From contig JARDVH010000025.1 of assembly GCA_030324005.1 (NCBI GenBank), positions 76,208,729 to 76,272,728 of the forward strand: a DNA stretch of 64,000 nt, in the 5' to 3' direction. This DNA is from Negaprion brevirostris. Taxonomy: Eukaryota. A program made the position numbers and the translations under genes. This document shows, one piece after another, positions 49,143-62,532 of this stretch. Position 1 is the first letter of the stretch; the number at the start of each line of letters is the position of its first letter. The notes under the pieces were generated by a model. It was not told where the DNA came from and made no database searches. It saw nothing but the letters and a program-made list of their open reading frames with translations.

Positions 49143-50289
49143 CTCTAGTGCAGCACTCTGACTTTTTATTTTCCTATAAAATCCTGTGACAAAGATTGTT
49201 ACTTCAGCGGTAAATAATGCTCATTGATATATGTCATGGTTATATACCCTGAAGCACAAAGGGACCTTATGCATATTTTTAACTTATCTAGATAGGATTC
49301 TAATTAATGAAGGAGAGGTAGAAAAGTATCCTAATCCCCTGAGCCATAGTCTCCATTAAAATAATCAGCATCTGATGTCTTAAGTAACATTTATTACATC
49401 AATGTGAAGTCTTGGGCAGATTTTTGGCTGCAACAACTATTCTGAAAACTTTACTGTCACAAAATGTGTTGGTTCCTGCATCAGATGCTACAATGCTCAC
49501 TGTGAAAGATTGTTTTCCTATGGATGTAAGACAGCATAAATATGTTATCAATCTTTGTTCTCTCTTTGCCCTCTGTTTTTAGGTTGGCAAATTGCATTAC
49601 ACAATGCTTTGAAATACTAAAGAAGACAGGGGCAGAGATTGAATGCTGTAACTAAAGTGAGGGCTTAAAGTGCTACTTTTTTGTAGTGTAATCAATTGAA
49701 AAGTTTACTTTTAACCATAAGCCGTATGAATTAGTTTTAAAATTGCATCTACATATCATTTTTTAATTGAAATAATCAATACCAGGTCTTAGAGTGATTT
49801 TATTCTGGTCTGAGACAGTTTTGCTGCTGCTCGTGGTGTCACAGTTGATGACATGTATTGTTGGAATCACTATAAAAAAGTACAAAGTAATCAAAGTGTG
49901 ATGGTTATTGATAAATGGTAAACTCCAGGGCTGATACAGGATAATGGCCTAGATTTTGTTGTTAGGAGGAAGGTGAGGCTAATGGTGCATACTGTTACTT
50001 ACATGGCGATAGCAACATCAAGCAAGGGATGGATGTGCAGGACAGAACTCTCCCATTCTGGGGCTAGACCCCTTGGCAGGGTGGGAATGTGGAGTTTTTC
50101 TGCCACCGAGGCTGGTGGGAAACACAACATATTCTTTGGCTCTGACCTCTTGAATTATGCAACCAAATGTTTTGTCAAATTCCATGATGGAGCACACCTG
50201 CTGCCAAATACAAACTAGTTATATTGAAAGTGCGCCCAGTATTACTGACCCACTATGGAAGAAAGAAGTTGGACCTCCTGAAAAAGAAG

Positions 50290-50598
50290 GCCCGGTAGCA
50301 CAGTGGTTAGCACTGCTGCCTCACAGCACAAAGGACTGGGGTTCAATGCTGGCCTTGGATGACTGTCTTTGTGGAATTTGCACGTTCTCCCTGTGTCTGT
50401 GTGAATTTCCTCCAGATGCTTCAGTTTTCTTTCACAGTCCAAAGATGTGTAGGGTAGATGGATTAGCCATGGTTAATGGGTGGGTTACAGGGACAAGGTG
50501 GGGATTTGGGCCTAGGTAAGATACGCTTTCAGAGAGTTGATGCAGATCTGAAGGGCTGAATGGCCCCCTTCTGCACTGTAGGAATTCTATGGATTCTA
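50290..50598 (+). mobile_element. Full-length HE1-like SINE
   Basis: GGTAGCACAGTGGTTAGCACTGCTGCCTCACAGC...GGGTTCAAT head, TTTGCACGTTCTCCC core, CR1-type tail GGGCTGAATGGCCCCCTTCTGCACTGTAGGAATTCTATG. Confidence 0.85.
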
Positions 50599-51123
50599 AG
50601 TTGGATCTCCAGGAACCATTCTGAGGTTGATAGTGGACCAGCTCTAGGACACCGAAAAGATAAGCTCCGACTGCTGTAGTTTCTCAAATCCAGGTTTGCC
50701 AGTGCCCTCCATCCTAATCTTTGGAGGCAGCTCCAGACATTGTTCAGTTGAGTCCCAACATCTGCATGCCTCGTTGTTTCGAATGTGTTTTGCGCTGATG
50801 TGTTTTCCTGTTGGCATTATGGAGAATGGACGAGGATGGAAGATTCCCGTCAGACTTTCATCTCCGTCCTATTAATGGCATTCAAATTAGTTTCAGGCTG
50901 GCCTCCGGTGGGTTTTCCGATCCAACAGAAGATCCAGTGGGAAATTCATGCAGGTCTCCCACCATATTCTCCTCCCATGGAAATCATTAAACCTGCCAGA
51001 GGGGGTTTGGAAGAATTCTGCCCATAGTTAAACACAAATATCCAAAAATTGCTCTCTGCGTTGCTTCACTATAAGCTTTTTGAAACTCATTCTCTCCCTA
51101 ACCATTGAAATGCACTGAATGAT

Positions 51124-51266
51124 ATGGGGTGGGATTTTCCAGCAGCATCACCCCAATACTGGAAATTCCCACCTGATTTCAATGGACCTTTGCATTATCC
51201 ACGGTCCCTCCCCCGTCCCCCGCCTACTATGATTCCCGTAGCAGGCGAGATGGGAAAACTCCTCCC
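51124..51266 (+). mobile_element. MITE-like repeat
   Basis: Imperfect TIRs ATGGGGTGGGATTTTCC / GGAAAACTCCTCCCAT; homologous to copies at 9.9k, 36.3k, 43.0k, 44.7k and 52.6k. Confidence 0.65.
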
Positions 51267-52721
51267 ATGGTGCACAAAAGATTTGAACTGTACTTGCTGC
51301 AGAAAGTTAAATCTTGCCTATTCCCATTTAAATGTAGTTTTCAACATATCATATATGTGAATTTCAACTGAACCAACCTTTCAGGCATTTAAATAAACTT
51401 TAACAAGGTTGGATTCTCATTTCTGCAGTTTTTACTTGTGTAGGAGATTTTAAAGATATCAAGTTTTTTTCAAACTTTCCCTTTCTGATTTTTTTTCCCC
51501 CTTAACCATTCTCCATTTCCCACACTTCACTTTTTTTCCTGTACCTGATTTGGCACTGAGTTCACTCACTGTAATCTGTTGCCTTAATTCTCGCGTTGTT
51601 AATTTAAGGAACCTGACTGGTTAAGGATATTCACAGTTGCTTGCTCTGTTCATTACTAATCATGTTTCTCTTTATCAACTCATGCTTCCAGCAACTTGCC
51701 ACACACGAAAATGTGAAAAGCTAATCATGCAACAAGGAGTCTAATGGCAGATTTACACCTGCATCAAAATCTAGTCCATTATTTTAAATAACATCTCCTG
51801 CCTCGTTATAACTGTGTCCAGTTGAAAGACACAAGGATCATAATCTGTAATAACAAGAAGTGAACACATCTACAGAGCTAGTATGTTAGGTAATGAGTGA
51901 GATAGTCTATGTAAATCCATTTATTAATCCACATACAATGAATTTTAGTTGCTGATACATAAAACATAACTAAACCAACACTAGAAATGGAAGAACCAAC
52001 TACATTGATGCACGATATTGCGAAGGAATACATAAATTACAAGGCGAGTTGGATCAATCCATTCACAACATTCCAGATTTAANNNNNNNNNNNNNNNNNN
52101 NNNNNNNNNNNNNNNNNNNNNNNNNNNNNNNNNNNNNNNNNNNNNNNNNNNNNNNNNNNNNNNNNNNNNNNNNNNNNNNNNNNNNNNNNNNNNNNNNNNN
52201 NNNNNNNNNNNNNNNNNNNNNNNNNNNNNNNNNNNNNNNNNNNNNNNNNNNNNNNNNNNNNNNNNNNNNNNNNNNNNNNNNNNNNNNNNNNNNNNNNNNN
52301 NNNNNNNNNNNNNNNNNNNNNNNNNNNNNNNNNNNNNNNNNNNNNNNNNNNNNNNNNNNNNNNNNNNNNNNNNNNNNNNNNNNNNNNNNNNNNNNNNNNN
52401 NNNNNNNGAAGAAACTTGTAACACTTCATCTAAACTGTTCTGGGGCCACAGGTTCTAAACCTTACCCCTCCCGCTCTATGGAAGTTGTAACAATTACAAT
52501 CCCTGAAAAGGATCCAATAGTTCATTCCAGCGGGAAAAAAACCCTGATAAGTTAATTAGTCAATCAAAAAGATTGAGTGCAAAAAATAATCTTTTGAATT
52601 CTAAGGATTTAGAGTCATAATCCAGAATTTTGCCCCTTAATCAGGGTGGGCAAGGCTCGTAGAACGGAATTCTCCATTTGTCTTCCCTCACCCAAGCAAG
52701 TTCGTAAAACACCGGCAATAA

Positions 52722-53250
52722 AGTCATAGAGATTCAAAGCATGGAAGCAGGTCCTTTGACCCAACTTGTCTATGCTGCCCAGTTTGCCACCCAGTTTTTA
52801 CATCTAAGGCAGTCTAAATTGCCCACATTTAGTTCATATCCCTTTATATGAATCATACCCATGTAACTGTCTAAATGCTTTTAAAAAGACAAAATTGTAC
52901 CTGCCTCTACACTACCTCTGGCAACTCGTTCCAGACACTCACCACTCTCTGTGGGAGAAAATAAATGCCCCTCCGGACCCGTATCTCTCCCCTCTCACCT
53001 TAAACCTATGCAGACCCCCCTGTCTTTGGGAAAAGATGTTAACTATATACCTTATCTATGCCCCTCATTATTTTATAGACCTCTATAAGGTCACCCCTAA
53101 TCACGCCCCAGGGAAAAAAGTCCCAGTCTGTCCTGCCTCTTCTCTTAATCGATCTATCAAGTTCTGGTAGTATCCAAGTAAATATTTTATGCACTCTTTC
53201 TAGTTTAATAATATCCTTCGTATAATAGGATAACCAGAACTGTACACATG
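52722..53250 (-). mobile_element. CR1 LINE 3' fragment
   Basis: ORF 53039-53347(-) includes CVQFWLSYYTKDIIKLERVHKIFT...RGDLIEVYKIMRGIDKV, typical of the CR1 ORF2 C-terminus. Confidence 0.85.
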
Positions 53251-54083
53251 CTTGATATTTGTGCAAAATTTGGACATATAGCACTGGCATTATAGGTACC
53301 GCGAGTACCTTTAGAGATCCAAAATGGCATCCATTGTGCACACACATTTCAGGTGCAAGTCTTACTGAACATCAGATTGGTGAGGGCATAAGTGCATGTG
53401 CAGTGCACAACTACTAATATATTAAGTAGGCAAATTATGCCAATCATTGTGTAACATTAATATGTCACTAGCACTGCCATTTTGAAGTTCAGTGCTTCAG
53501 CTAATGGCCCCTCTTTCATCATATGCAGCAGGAAGAACTCCAGACCTGTGCTATTTAAAGAGATAATCAACTACTTGCTAGTTAGTTGCTTTTTTGTTTC
53601 ATGTCTTCACACACACATTTTGCCTGTGGGGAATAATAGCAGGCTGATTATAAACCAGTTTGAATCACATCATGACTGTTTATTCTGTGGCCTATGAGCT
53701 CTGGAGTAGGACTTGAAACCAGGATGACTGGCTTAGAGGCAGGGCTGATAACCTACTGAGTCTCAGGCGCTCTAGGTTCATTACTGATTGACTGGTTGCT
53801 GTTTCTGTTGTACAGATGTTTGGTGTTTTCTAAAGTTGCCTTAAGTTACGTATGTCTACAGCGAATGATGTGGCAGTTGTTGAAGGACTTTGTTCTGATT
53901 TCAAGTCTGTTACATAAATGAATGCTTCCAGACATGGGTAAAGTATCAGGAATTTCTCTTGGAATACAGCATGACTTGGAGGGCACACAGAACAATGTAA
54001 GCTTCCAGAAGAGAGAGGAAGAAATAAGGAATGGGCTTTTGGCAGGAAACTATATCAGTCCATTCTGCACATTTGGGGAGAAA

Positions 54084-55430
54084 TTTTCCTATCTGGCCAC
54101 CAGTGTGGAACAATTTGTGGGACATCTGCACTTAAATAAGATTCCATCACTGAAATCAACCACAACTGCAATCTCAAAGCATGGTAATGGTGACACATTG
54201 TCAATGGTGTAAAGGTGACTGTGGCCATGAATTTACATGTATCTGGCTCCTTCCAGGCTTGAACTGGAGTTATTGGCAACATCTTGCTGCTTGCTGGCCG
54301 TTGTTTCATAGAGGAGGTGACCAAGATATTCTATTCAAAGAAAGCTGGCAATATTTCATTTTCTGTCCTGCAACAGTCAGGAAAGACAGTAAGAAGTCTC
54401 ACAACACCAGGTTAAAGTCCAACAAGTTTATCAGGTGAGTGGAGAATTCTGTTCAGAAACAGGGCATATAAAGGCACACACAGTTTACAGAATACTGATT
54501 AGAATGCGAGTCTTTACAGCTAATCTGCTNNNNNNNNNNNNNNNNNNNNNNNNNNNNNNNNNNNNNNNNNNNNNNNNNNNNNNNNNNNNNNNNNNNNNNN
54601 NNNNNNNNNNNNNNNNNNNNNNNNNNNNNNNNNNNNNNNNNNNNNNNNNNNNNNNNNNNNNNNNNNNNNNNNNNNNNNNNNNNNNNNNNNNNNNNNNNNN
54701 NNNNNNNNNNNNNNNNNNNNNNNNNNNNNNNNNNNNNNNNNNNNNNNNNNNNNNNNNNNNNNNNNNNNNNNNNNNNNNNNNNNNNNNNNNNNNNNNNNNN
54801 NNNNNNNNNNNNNNNNNNNNNNNNNNNNNNNNNNNNNTCGAGCAGTGTTCATTCATCCGTTGTCGTAGCGTCTGCGTTGTCTCCCCAATGTACCATGCTT
54901 CGGGACATCCTTTTCTGCAGCGTATTAGGTAGACAATTTTGGCCGAGTTGCAAGAGTGTGCGCCATGTACCTGGTGGATGGTATTCTCACGTGAGATGAT
55001 GGCATCCATGTCGATGATCTGGCATGTCTTGCAGAGGTTGCTGTGGCACGGCTGTGTGGTGTTGTGGTCACTGTTCTCCTGAAGGCTGGGTAGTTTGACT
55101 TTATCCTGGTGTTGTGAGATTTCTTACTGTGTTTACCCCCGTCCAACGCCAGCATCTCCACATCATGACAGTCAGCAAAGAACAGACAGCGCCCAGTCTC
55201 ATGAAGATTACAGGCTACTCCATGTTCTAGTTTGCCACTGACTGCACACACATTGCTTCAGGGGTGTGGAATGTTAACTCTAAGAACGGAAAGAAGTTCC
55301 ACTCCTCAAAATCAAGCCAGTTTGTGACCAAAGGAAGAGAATCGTGCAGTATAGTGCCCTGTCTTCTTGGCACCAGTCATGTTACCTTCATTCTGCAGCA
55401 GTCCTTTGTGTCATTTGTATTTGAACCAAC
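54084..55430 (+). pseudogene. PIF/Harbinger (HARBI1-like) transposase fossil split by a Penelope insertion
   Basis: FSYLATSVEQF...VKVTVAMNLHVSGSFQA*TGVIGNI...CFIEEVTKIFY (54084-54345), then KITGYSMF*FATDCTHIA (DCTH at 55240-55251)...NGKKFHS...VCDQRKRI...GTSHVTFILQQS. Matches Harbinger motifs GSFQ, IDCTH, NRKGFHS, VCD and GSSHD in order. Confidence 0.85.
54387..55167 (-). mobile_element. Penelope-like retroelement with GIY-YIG endonuclease fragment, inverted pseudo-LTRs and 14-bp TSD
   Basis: ORF SCNSAKIVYLIRCRKGCPEAWYIGETTQTLRQRMNEH (GIY-YIG). Inverted repeats 54386-54419 and 55097-55130. Flanking direct repeat ACAGTCAGGAAAGA (54373-86) / ACAGTCAGCAAAGA (55168-81). Confidence 0.9.
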
Positions 55431-56697
55431 ATAGCGAAGCAAAACAGGAGTTCAAAGAGAAAGAAGGCAAACCAGCCAATCAGTTTCTGGCTAGGCTGTT
55501 CATGAACAACTTGTCTGACTGGATTAGCAGTTGATGTAACCCCATTTCCCTATTCACCAACAGTTATATATAATAATATATAATATTATAATATTAAATG
55601 TAATATTGTATACAGGAGTCAATATTCACCTTTATAAATTCCCTTAGTGCCTACTGCCATCTTTTTTCTCCTGTTCTAATGGCCCTACACAATGTTCTCC
55701 CAGTGGCTGCAGCATGGCTAGTCGAAGGCTGCTGATGTTCAGTGGGGGAGTCTGTACTTGGTACTATGGAATAACCTGAATTGGTTTGACAGTCATTGAA
55801 GGTTCTGCTGCAGTCTGCCACTACATTGCCATGGCTGGCTGACAGGCAATAACAAGATGTTATTGGTAGGAGAATGCATGCTCTTTTTCTGAGCGAGGAT
55901 ATTAGATTCATGCTACACAGAGCCACAGCCACTCCCTGTTGGAGTAAAGGAGTTTGTCACACTGGTATCCTGAACCCTGATGACAACAATCTGTATGAAT
56001 ATGCCGACTGTCAGATATTGGTCAGTTTCATTTTGTGCTGCATTGTCAGCTGAGACACCATCCATCAGAACCTATGTTATGGTTTGGTCCATATGTATAC
56101 AAATGAAGTTGGCCTCACTTCCATGCTGTAAAGAATGGCCTCTAAGCTCTGTGCAAATCCCTGTACAGAGGAGGTGCTGCTTTCCTCCGTGCTCACTGAC
56201 ATTGCATACATTCTTTTTAGCTGTCCTGTCAATGACACCCAGCAACCAACTTTTGTGGTCTACCCCATCAAAGTTATTATCAGAGTCCTCTGCAGTGGAA
56301 CTCATGTGTGATTTCACCCTCCAGTGAGTTAGNNNNNNNNNNNNNNNNNCCACTGTCCTGTCCGCAGACCATTCCTACCAGTGTCTCAATGTGTGCTAAT
56401 TCCATCTCTACTCTAGTCTCTAAATTGCAAGCAGTGTCAGTATGTGAGCTGTGAGTCTTCTGGTCCCCTGTGAATGCAACACTTTTCTCTCTTTCCCATG
56501 CATTTCCCCCACCAAGGTCTCAAACAGAGCATCTGAGAATCTTGGAGTCATCCATGCTGTGTCATTATCCAGTCTTATTTCATGTCAGAAGATTGGTCCA
56601 AGGATTTCCACCCACCAACTCCAGCTACAAAGATGTACCTTTAAAATCTATTGGATGGCTCTAGCTTTTGCTGGCTTTTTACTATTTTGGGTCCACT

Positions 56698-57005
56698 GCT
56701 TAAAGTTCATTTATTTATTAGTGTCACAAGTATACTTACATTAGCACTGTACTGAAGGTACTATGAAAATCCCCTATTCATCACACTCTGGCACATGTTC
56801 ACGTACACTGAGGGGAAATTTAGAATGGCCATTGCAGTTAACAAGCACATCTTTTGGACTGTGGGAGGAAAATGAGCACCCGGAGGAGGCCCACGTAGAC
56901 ACAGGAGAATGTGCAGGCTCTGCACAAACACTGACTCAAGTGGGGAATCAAACTCACGTCCCTGGTGCTGTGAGGCAGCAGTGCTAACCACTGTGCCACC
57001 ATGTG
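56698..57005 (-). mobile_element. V-SINE/HE1-related SINE, full length
   Basis: Reverse head GGTGGCACAGTGGTTAGCACTGCTGCCTCACAGC, conserved core, tail TAATAAATAAATGAACTTT. Confidence 0.85.
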
Positions 57006-57829
57006 CAGCCATTCAACAGTATAGTTAGCACAGGCTGCATGCAGCAATATGGTAATCAGCGGGCACCATGAAGATGACATGTTGCCTGCATTACATTAAA
57101 CACGTGTGGGGTGACCACATATCATGATTTTTGGGGGCTGTCCAATATAGTTTCCTTAATCATATAATGAAGGAGAACTGGATGCCCATTTCAGTAGATA
57201 TAATTAAAAGCACAGATCAAACTATGAATTAGGCATTGATAAAAGTTAAATGATTTTGGATTGAATTTCAATTTAAAAGCCCTGTGGAATCTGATTCCAC
57301 ACAAGAAAACTACTTTCAACTTGGCTTTGATCCATGAAAATAAACAGAATGAAGTGAAACAGGTTTAAAGAGCTGATCGTACAGGTATTTATTTTGCAAT
57401 TTGTGTAACTGCTGCCAATAATATCAAGCCAAACTGAATCAGGTTCTCTCTGTCTGAATGTCATATCAAGTGTTTATGTGGAGGCAAAGTGAATTCAACT
57501 GAAAGAAAATATAGCCCTGCGATCAGAGCTTTCTCTCTCCATATTAGCCTGTCAGTCCCATAAATTGAGTTCAGCATTTTGAATTTATTGGGCATGATCT
57601 TATCGGCTCCCCACATCGGTTGATCAGCCTGGCAAGCCAATAAGATAGGGCGAGGGGTAAAAAATTGGGTTNNNNNNNNNNNNNNNNNNNNNNNNNNNNN
57701 NNNNCAGCCCGGGAAACAGGCCCTTCAGCCCAACGAGCCCGCGCCGCCATCTCAACACCACCACTCCACCTCTCGACCCACAACCCCTGTCTAATGTTTT
57801 ATGGCCATCCAGATTGAGGGAATCACTTA

Positions 57830-58312
57830 CCTTTTCCCCCTTGCTGGTTGATGTTGTCACCAGCAAGGACCACAGATGGTCCCCGTCAATGGGGATCAGG
57901 TGTAATGGCCTTGTCAATGGGACCAGAAACCATTGAGGCCCCTGCATTGTCAGGGGCAAGGCCAGGCAGTGTCCATGTGGCAATGCCAACCTGGCACTGC
58001 CAGCCTGGCACTGGGCAGTGCCAAGGCGGTGGGACTAGAGGACAAAGAGCGTGATGGAGTGAGGCTTGAGGGGGCAGGACATGACAGGAAGGAGAGGCCG
58101 ATGATGGGGGAGGGTGATGTCCATGGAGGATGGTGACATAGTATACACAGTATACTAGATTGGGGCGCCTGTATGGGTGTGCTGAGAGTCAACCCACCAC
58201 CTACTGGTGAGATTCACATTATGATCTCTGTATTGCACAGAGTGCTGTACCTTACCATTAGTTACCTCACTAAAACAACTGGCGAAAAACACTTTTCTGA
58301 GAAAATTCCACC
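57830..58312. repeat. GC-rich non-autonomous repeat fragment
   Basis: TGGCCTTGTCAATGGGACCAGAAACCATTGAGGCCCC and TGGCACTG/CAGTGCCA arrays align with 13042-13200. Confidence 0.55.
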
Positions 58313-58494
58313 CATTGTCTTTTTGTTCTTATGATGGGGAATATGGTAAGGGAGAAGAAAACACTAGTATATCTGTTGGTGGGAGTTGGGACAGGGGATA
58401 TTCTGGAGATTTCCTTCCAGTTTTGATTGCCATGGGCTGGAATCTTCTTTTCCGATACATCCTAAACATTTATTTTCAGAGGCATTGGCTGTGG

Positions 58495-58830
58495 GAGGCT
58501 GTGGCCTAGTGGTATTGTTGCTGGACTAGTAATCCAGAGATACAGATTAACGCTGTCACATTTGAATCGGCAGATGTTGAAATCTGAATTCATTAAAAAC
58601 CTGGAATTAAAGGTCTAATAATGATCATGAAACCTTTGTCGATTGTTGTACAAATTCATCTTCTTCATTAATGTCCTTTACGGAAGGAAACCTATTGTCC
58701 TTACCTGGCCTGGCGTACATGTAACTCAAAATTTCCAGATCCACTGCAATGTGGTTGGCTCTTAAATGCTCTCAGGGATGGGTAGTAATTGCTGGCCCAG
58801 CCAATGATGCCCATATCCCATGAACAAACA
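58495..58830 (+). mobile_element. tRNA-derived SINE (same family as 4.3k)
   Basis: GTGGCCTAGTGGTATTG..GGACTAGTAATCCAGAG head; colinear with 4285-4630; tail GCTGGCCCAGCCAATGATGCCCATATCCCATG. Confidence 0.75.
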
Positions 58831-58994
58831 AAAAAAAAGGTGAATCAGATAATACTGGAGATTAATTTTATACAATTTCATTTAAATTATGCCTATATCT
58901 CAAGGCTTCCATTAGTTTAGACACCTTCCTAACACTTATTAATCACTAACTGCATGCAGATTTTCAATTAATCTGGCACAGTAAAATGGTAGGA

Positions 58995-59385
58995 GTAAGC
59001 TATGGTTCAGTTGGTAGCATGCTTGCCTCTGAGTCACAAGGTTCTGTGTTCAAGTTCCATTCCAAGGCTTGAGTACAAACATCAAAGCTGGTACCGTAGT
59101 GCAGTACAGAGGAAGTGCTGCACTGTTGGAGGGGGCTGTCTGATTGAGATCCCATCGCACATTTGCAAAGAAAGGGGGTGTTATCCTTTGTGTCCTGGCC
59201 AACATTTATCCCCCAATCAACATCACCGCTGATTATCTGGTTATTTTCAGGTAAACTGATCGTAGGAGCTTATTGGCTGCCATCTTTCCTACACTACAGC
59301 AATGGCTGCACATCAAAAAATACTTCATTGGTTTTGACATTGCTGGTGGCTGTGAAAGTTGCTATATAAATGTAAGTCTTTTCAA
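58995..59385 (+). mobile_element. Deu-domain SINE (SacSINE1-like)
   Basis: tRNA-like head GGTTCAGTTGGTAGC...GAGTCACAAGG...GTTCAAGT, central GTCCTGGCCAACATTTATCCC block, tail GCTATATAAATGTAAGTCTTT. Confidence 0.7.
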
Positions 59386-60211
59386 TAAACCAGTGATAAA
59401 TACCCCTTGCTGGACTGCAATGTTCCTTACATAATCAAAGATTAAGAAAAGCAGCAGATCAAGGAAAATAAAAACTTGCATTTATACAGCACCATTAACA
59501 AACTCAGAATGTCTCAAAACACTTTAGAACCAATGACTTATGAAACCATGGCATCCAATTTTCTTGCAGCAAAGTCCCACAAAGAACATGCTTTTGGGTC
59601 CAACTAGTCTGAATTTGTGTCCCTGCTTTGTCAACCTAAGATTCTAATAGGGAATCATAACAACATGTACAAATGATTTAGATCATTGGAAGAAACATGC
59701 AAATGATGCAATTATCTTGGAATATACATGGAAGGTACCAGCGAGGCATTGGTACACTTCAGGGCAGCGTTCCAATTAAACAAATCAAATTAATAGTCTG
59801 ATCAAAATTTTCATGATTTTTTTGTATTTTGTAATTGATTGACAATATCTCAAACTAACCAAGGGAGTGAACATGAATACAATTTTTTTGTGAAGGTAAG
59901 TTTCAAGGATATCATCAGATGAAGATGCATGCAAATGACTAAGGGAAAAAGTTCGAAGGAGTTCAGATGACATCATCAACCAGAGGACTTAAGTTTACAT
60001 GTTTGATTGCTTTCTGCGTGCTGAAGAACAATTGTGTTTATTCCAATTGATCCCAGCCACTGATTTGCATTTTGTGACACTGTATCATGCAATGTTACGT
60101 AAGACAACAAAAAATGAAGCTCTCTTTGTTGGTAATGTGTATTCCTATCTGCAAAAGGCAGTTTTTTCAATAGTAGAATTAATGCTCATTATCAATAACC
60201 AAGGGGTTGGA

Positions 60212-60344
60212 TATAAGCAAAAATCTGCAGATGTTGGGGATCTGAAATAACACAAAATGCTTGTAAAGTTCAACAGGTCCGGCAGTATCTGTGAAGAGAG
60301 AAACAGAGTTAATTTTGAGTGTAATAAGATTCTTCTTCAGAACC
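60212..60344 (-). mobile_element. Second Penelope-type terminal repeat with a decayed hammerhead motif
   Basis: Reverse strand GTT-CTGAAGA-AGAATC...ACTC-AAAA-TTAAC followed by TCTGTTTCTCTC...CAGATACTGCCGGACCTG; related fragments at 33.96-34.01k and 34.84-34.91k. Confidence 0.5.
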
Positions 60345-61061
60345 CTGGTTGGATTAAGTTGTTGGGTTATGATATTGATGTTGTAACATTACACTCGTGA
60401 TACAAACACACACAAATATTTTCCTATTTGGTAGATGAATGGGAAATCATGCTGCTTTCTGTATCCATCTATATATTTAAAACTCATGTTTTCACTGCAC
60501 ATAAATCAAACTCAGTATCCTCCTCATTGTTTCCAACATGGAAACTGGTAGTTGGTTCAAAAACAATTAACTCATTGTTAGCTGATTGCCTTTAACATGA
60601 CTACAGAATGCAAACAATAAAAAGCATAAAGGTTAGCAATCCACAAGTAACCAGTATCATAAAGGCATCAATTTCAGAATTCTAACTAAAACTACAAATC
60701 CTCAACCAAAATATCATAAGCCCAATTAGTTCAATATATTTTAAAAACTGATTTGATAGAACCATAGAAGTTTCCAGGACAGAAAGAGATCATTTGATCC
60801 ATTGAACCTATGCCCTTTGCAAAATAATCCAATAATCCCAATACCATGCTTGGTTCATTCACTACCTCTGTTCTTTCCTTATAGTAGTCTTTGACTCAAC
60901 AACTCCCCCTAGTGAAGTTTCACTGCTCAAAAGCTCCACAAAAATTAATTTTTGCTAACATCTCTCCTCAATCACTAAACAGATGAGGACTTCCCTTTCC
61001 AAAATGCCTTGGAAGTCTTATGTCACAGTGGAAAAACCATATCAAAAATGTCAACATTTAG

Positions 61062-61094
61062 CTGCAGTACCTGCTATGCCTACAGGTGGCACTA
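61062..61094 (+). promoter_or_regulatory. Candidate CTCF site with upstream motif
   Basis: CTGCAGTACC-N7-CCTACAGGTGGCACTA: core-like motif (2 mismatches) plus a well-placed CTGCAGT upstream module. Confidence 0.55.
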
Positions 61095-61274
61095 TCATAT
61101 ATTTTTTCAATGTTTAATAAGACGTAACATTAGCTGCTAAAACAACAGTGGCTAAGTACTATGTTGACAAGTAAAACCAACAACTCAGGTTGGACACACA
61201 GATGCACTTTGTTTTGGTCCACAGCTATGTGGGCATAGGTAAATAAACCAGGAAGGTTTTTAAGTTTATACCTG

Positions 61275-61465
61275 TGCTTCTCTATCCCTCTTCTCCCTGC
61301 ACACCTTTCAACCCTCTTTCCTCTGTTCACTATGCTCCATCTGTCTTGCCCTTCTATCTCCTCTCTCCCTCCATTGATACTATTTGCTCTCCCTCTCTCT
61401 TTCATCTGAGCTCCCTCCATCTCTCCTGTTTCCCTTTTTGATCCATCTGCTCCTCTCCCCTTCTG
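61275..61465. repeat. Pyrimidine-rich low-complexity tract
   Basis: About 190 bp that is mostly C/T on the + strand. Confidence 0.7.
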
Positions 61466-62532
61466 TTAGTTCAATAATTTGCCCATCTTCGCAGCTATTT
61501 GTCTCTTCAATTTCCCAGAACTAAATCAAACAGTGGTTCTTTCCTTCTCAGGCTGGCCACATAGGTGGCAGTGATCTTGGATGGTAACTTTACACATCTT
61601 TTCAAATTTTAGAAGCATCTAACGATTTATCGATACACACTTGAGAAATTAGGATCTTAACTGAGTTGTAATCCATTATATTCTAGGCCAGATTTTCAAT
61701 GCCTTGTTCTTGCTGGTGTATATAACTGTGCCTGGGAAAGAATCCAAAGGAAATATATCTGTTTCTCAAATAAGAGGAAAAAAACTGATAGATATCTGGG
61801 GGACAGTGGTGTGGATATATTGAATGCCAATATTGCAGGATAATAGTTGAAACTTCCTTGTGAGAAAGGTAGATCAATTTCCCACCCGTTGATTCACACA
61901 GTGAGTACTTAGTTGATGTACCAGCTAAGCTGAAAAAAATGTATCTCTTTTGAAACCAATGCTATTTGAAGGTAATTATAATTCACTATTTATAATTTCC
62001 AAAGGGTAGCTGTTTTTAATAGCCCCTGTTGAAAATTCTACCTAATCAATCTTAACAATAGTCTAAATAATACAGAGAATCCTTGCATTATTTTAAAGTT
62101 CTCTTTCTATTTTTACATGTGTTCCAAAGATGACAAGAAAGATAATTTCACATAACAGAATATTGTTTAGTTTTTTTGTTAGCATTTAGCACATCACAGT
62201 GAAGTTTATACATTCTTATCAAAATTTTGTAGGATAAGAAACTTACCTAGAGATTTTACATTGTGCCCTTAGATACACTTCATAATTCACCACATGGGCA
62301 TAATAATATTCTGGATCATTCGCTCCATATAGGTCTTAGTAAGGATTCAAAATGTTGCCACCAAGGCATAAACATGTGTTTAATACAAAGACTGAAGTAT
62401 ATATCTTCTGTTTGATGAACACTTATTATACCTGTTATAGCTACTTCTTTAGTCAGTTGTAAACCTGATGAGAAAATGTATCACTGAATGCACAAAATGG
62501 GAAAGTATTTTATTTCCCACTGGTAACATTTG

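Noticed and set aside
50290-50360. tRNA genes at SINE heads (also 56.95k, 59.0k, 62.8k)
   Set aside because: A/B-box-like motifs continue into SINE bodies with no complete cloverleaf.
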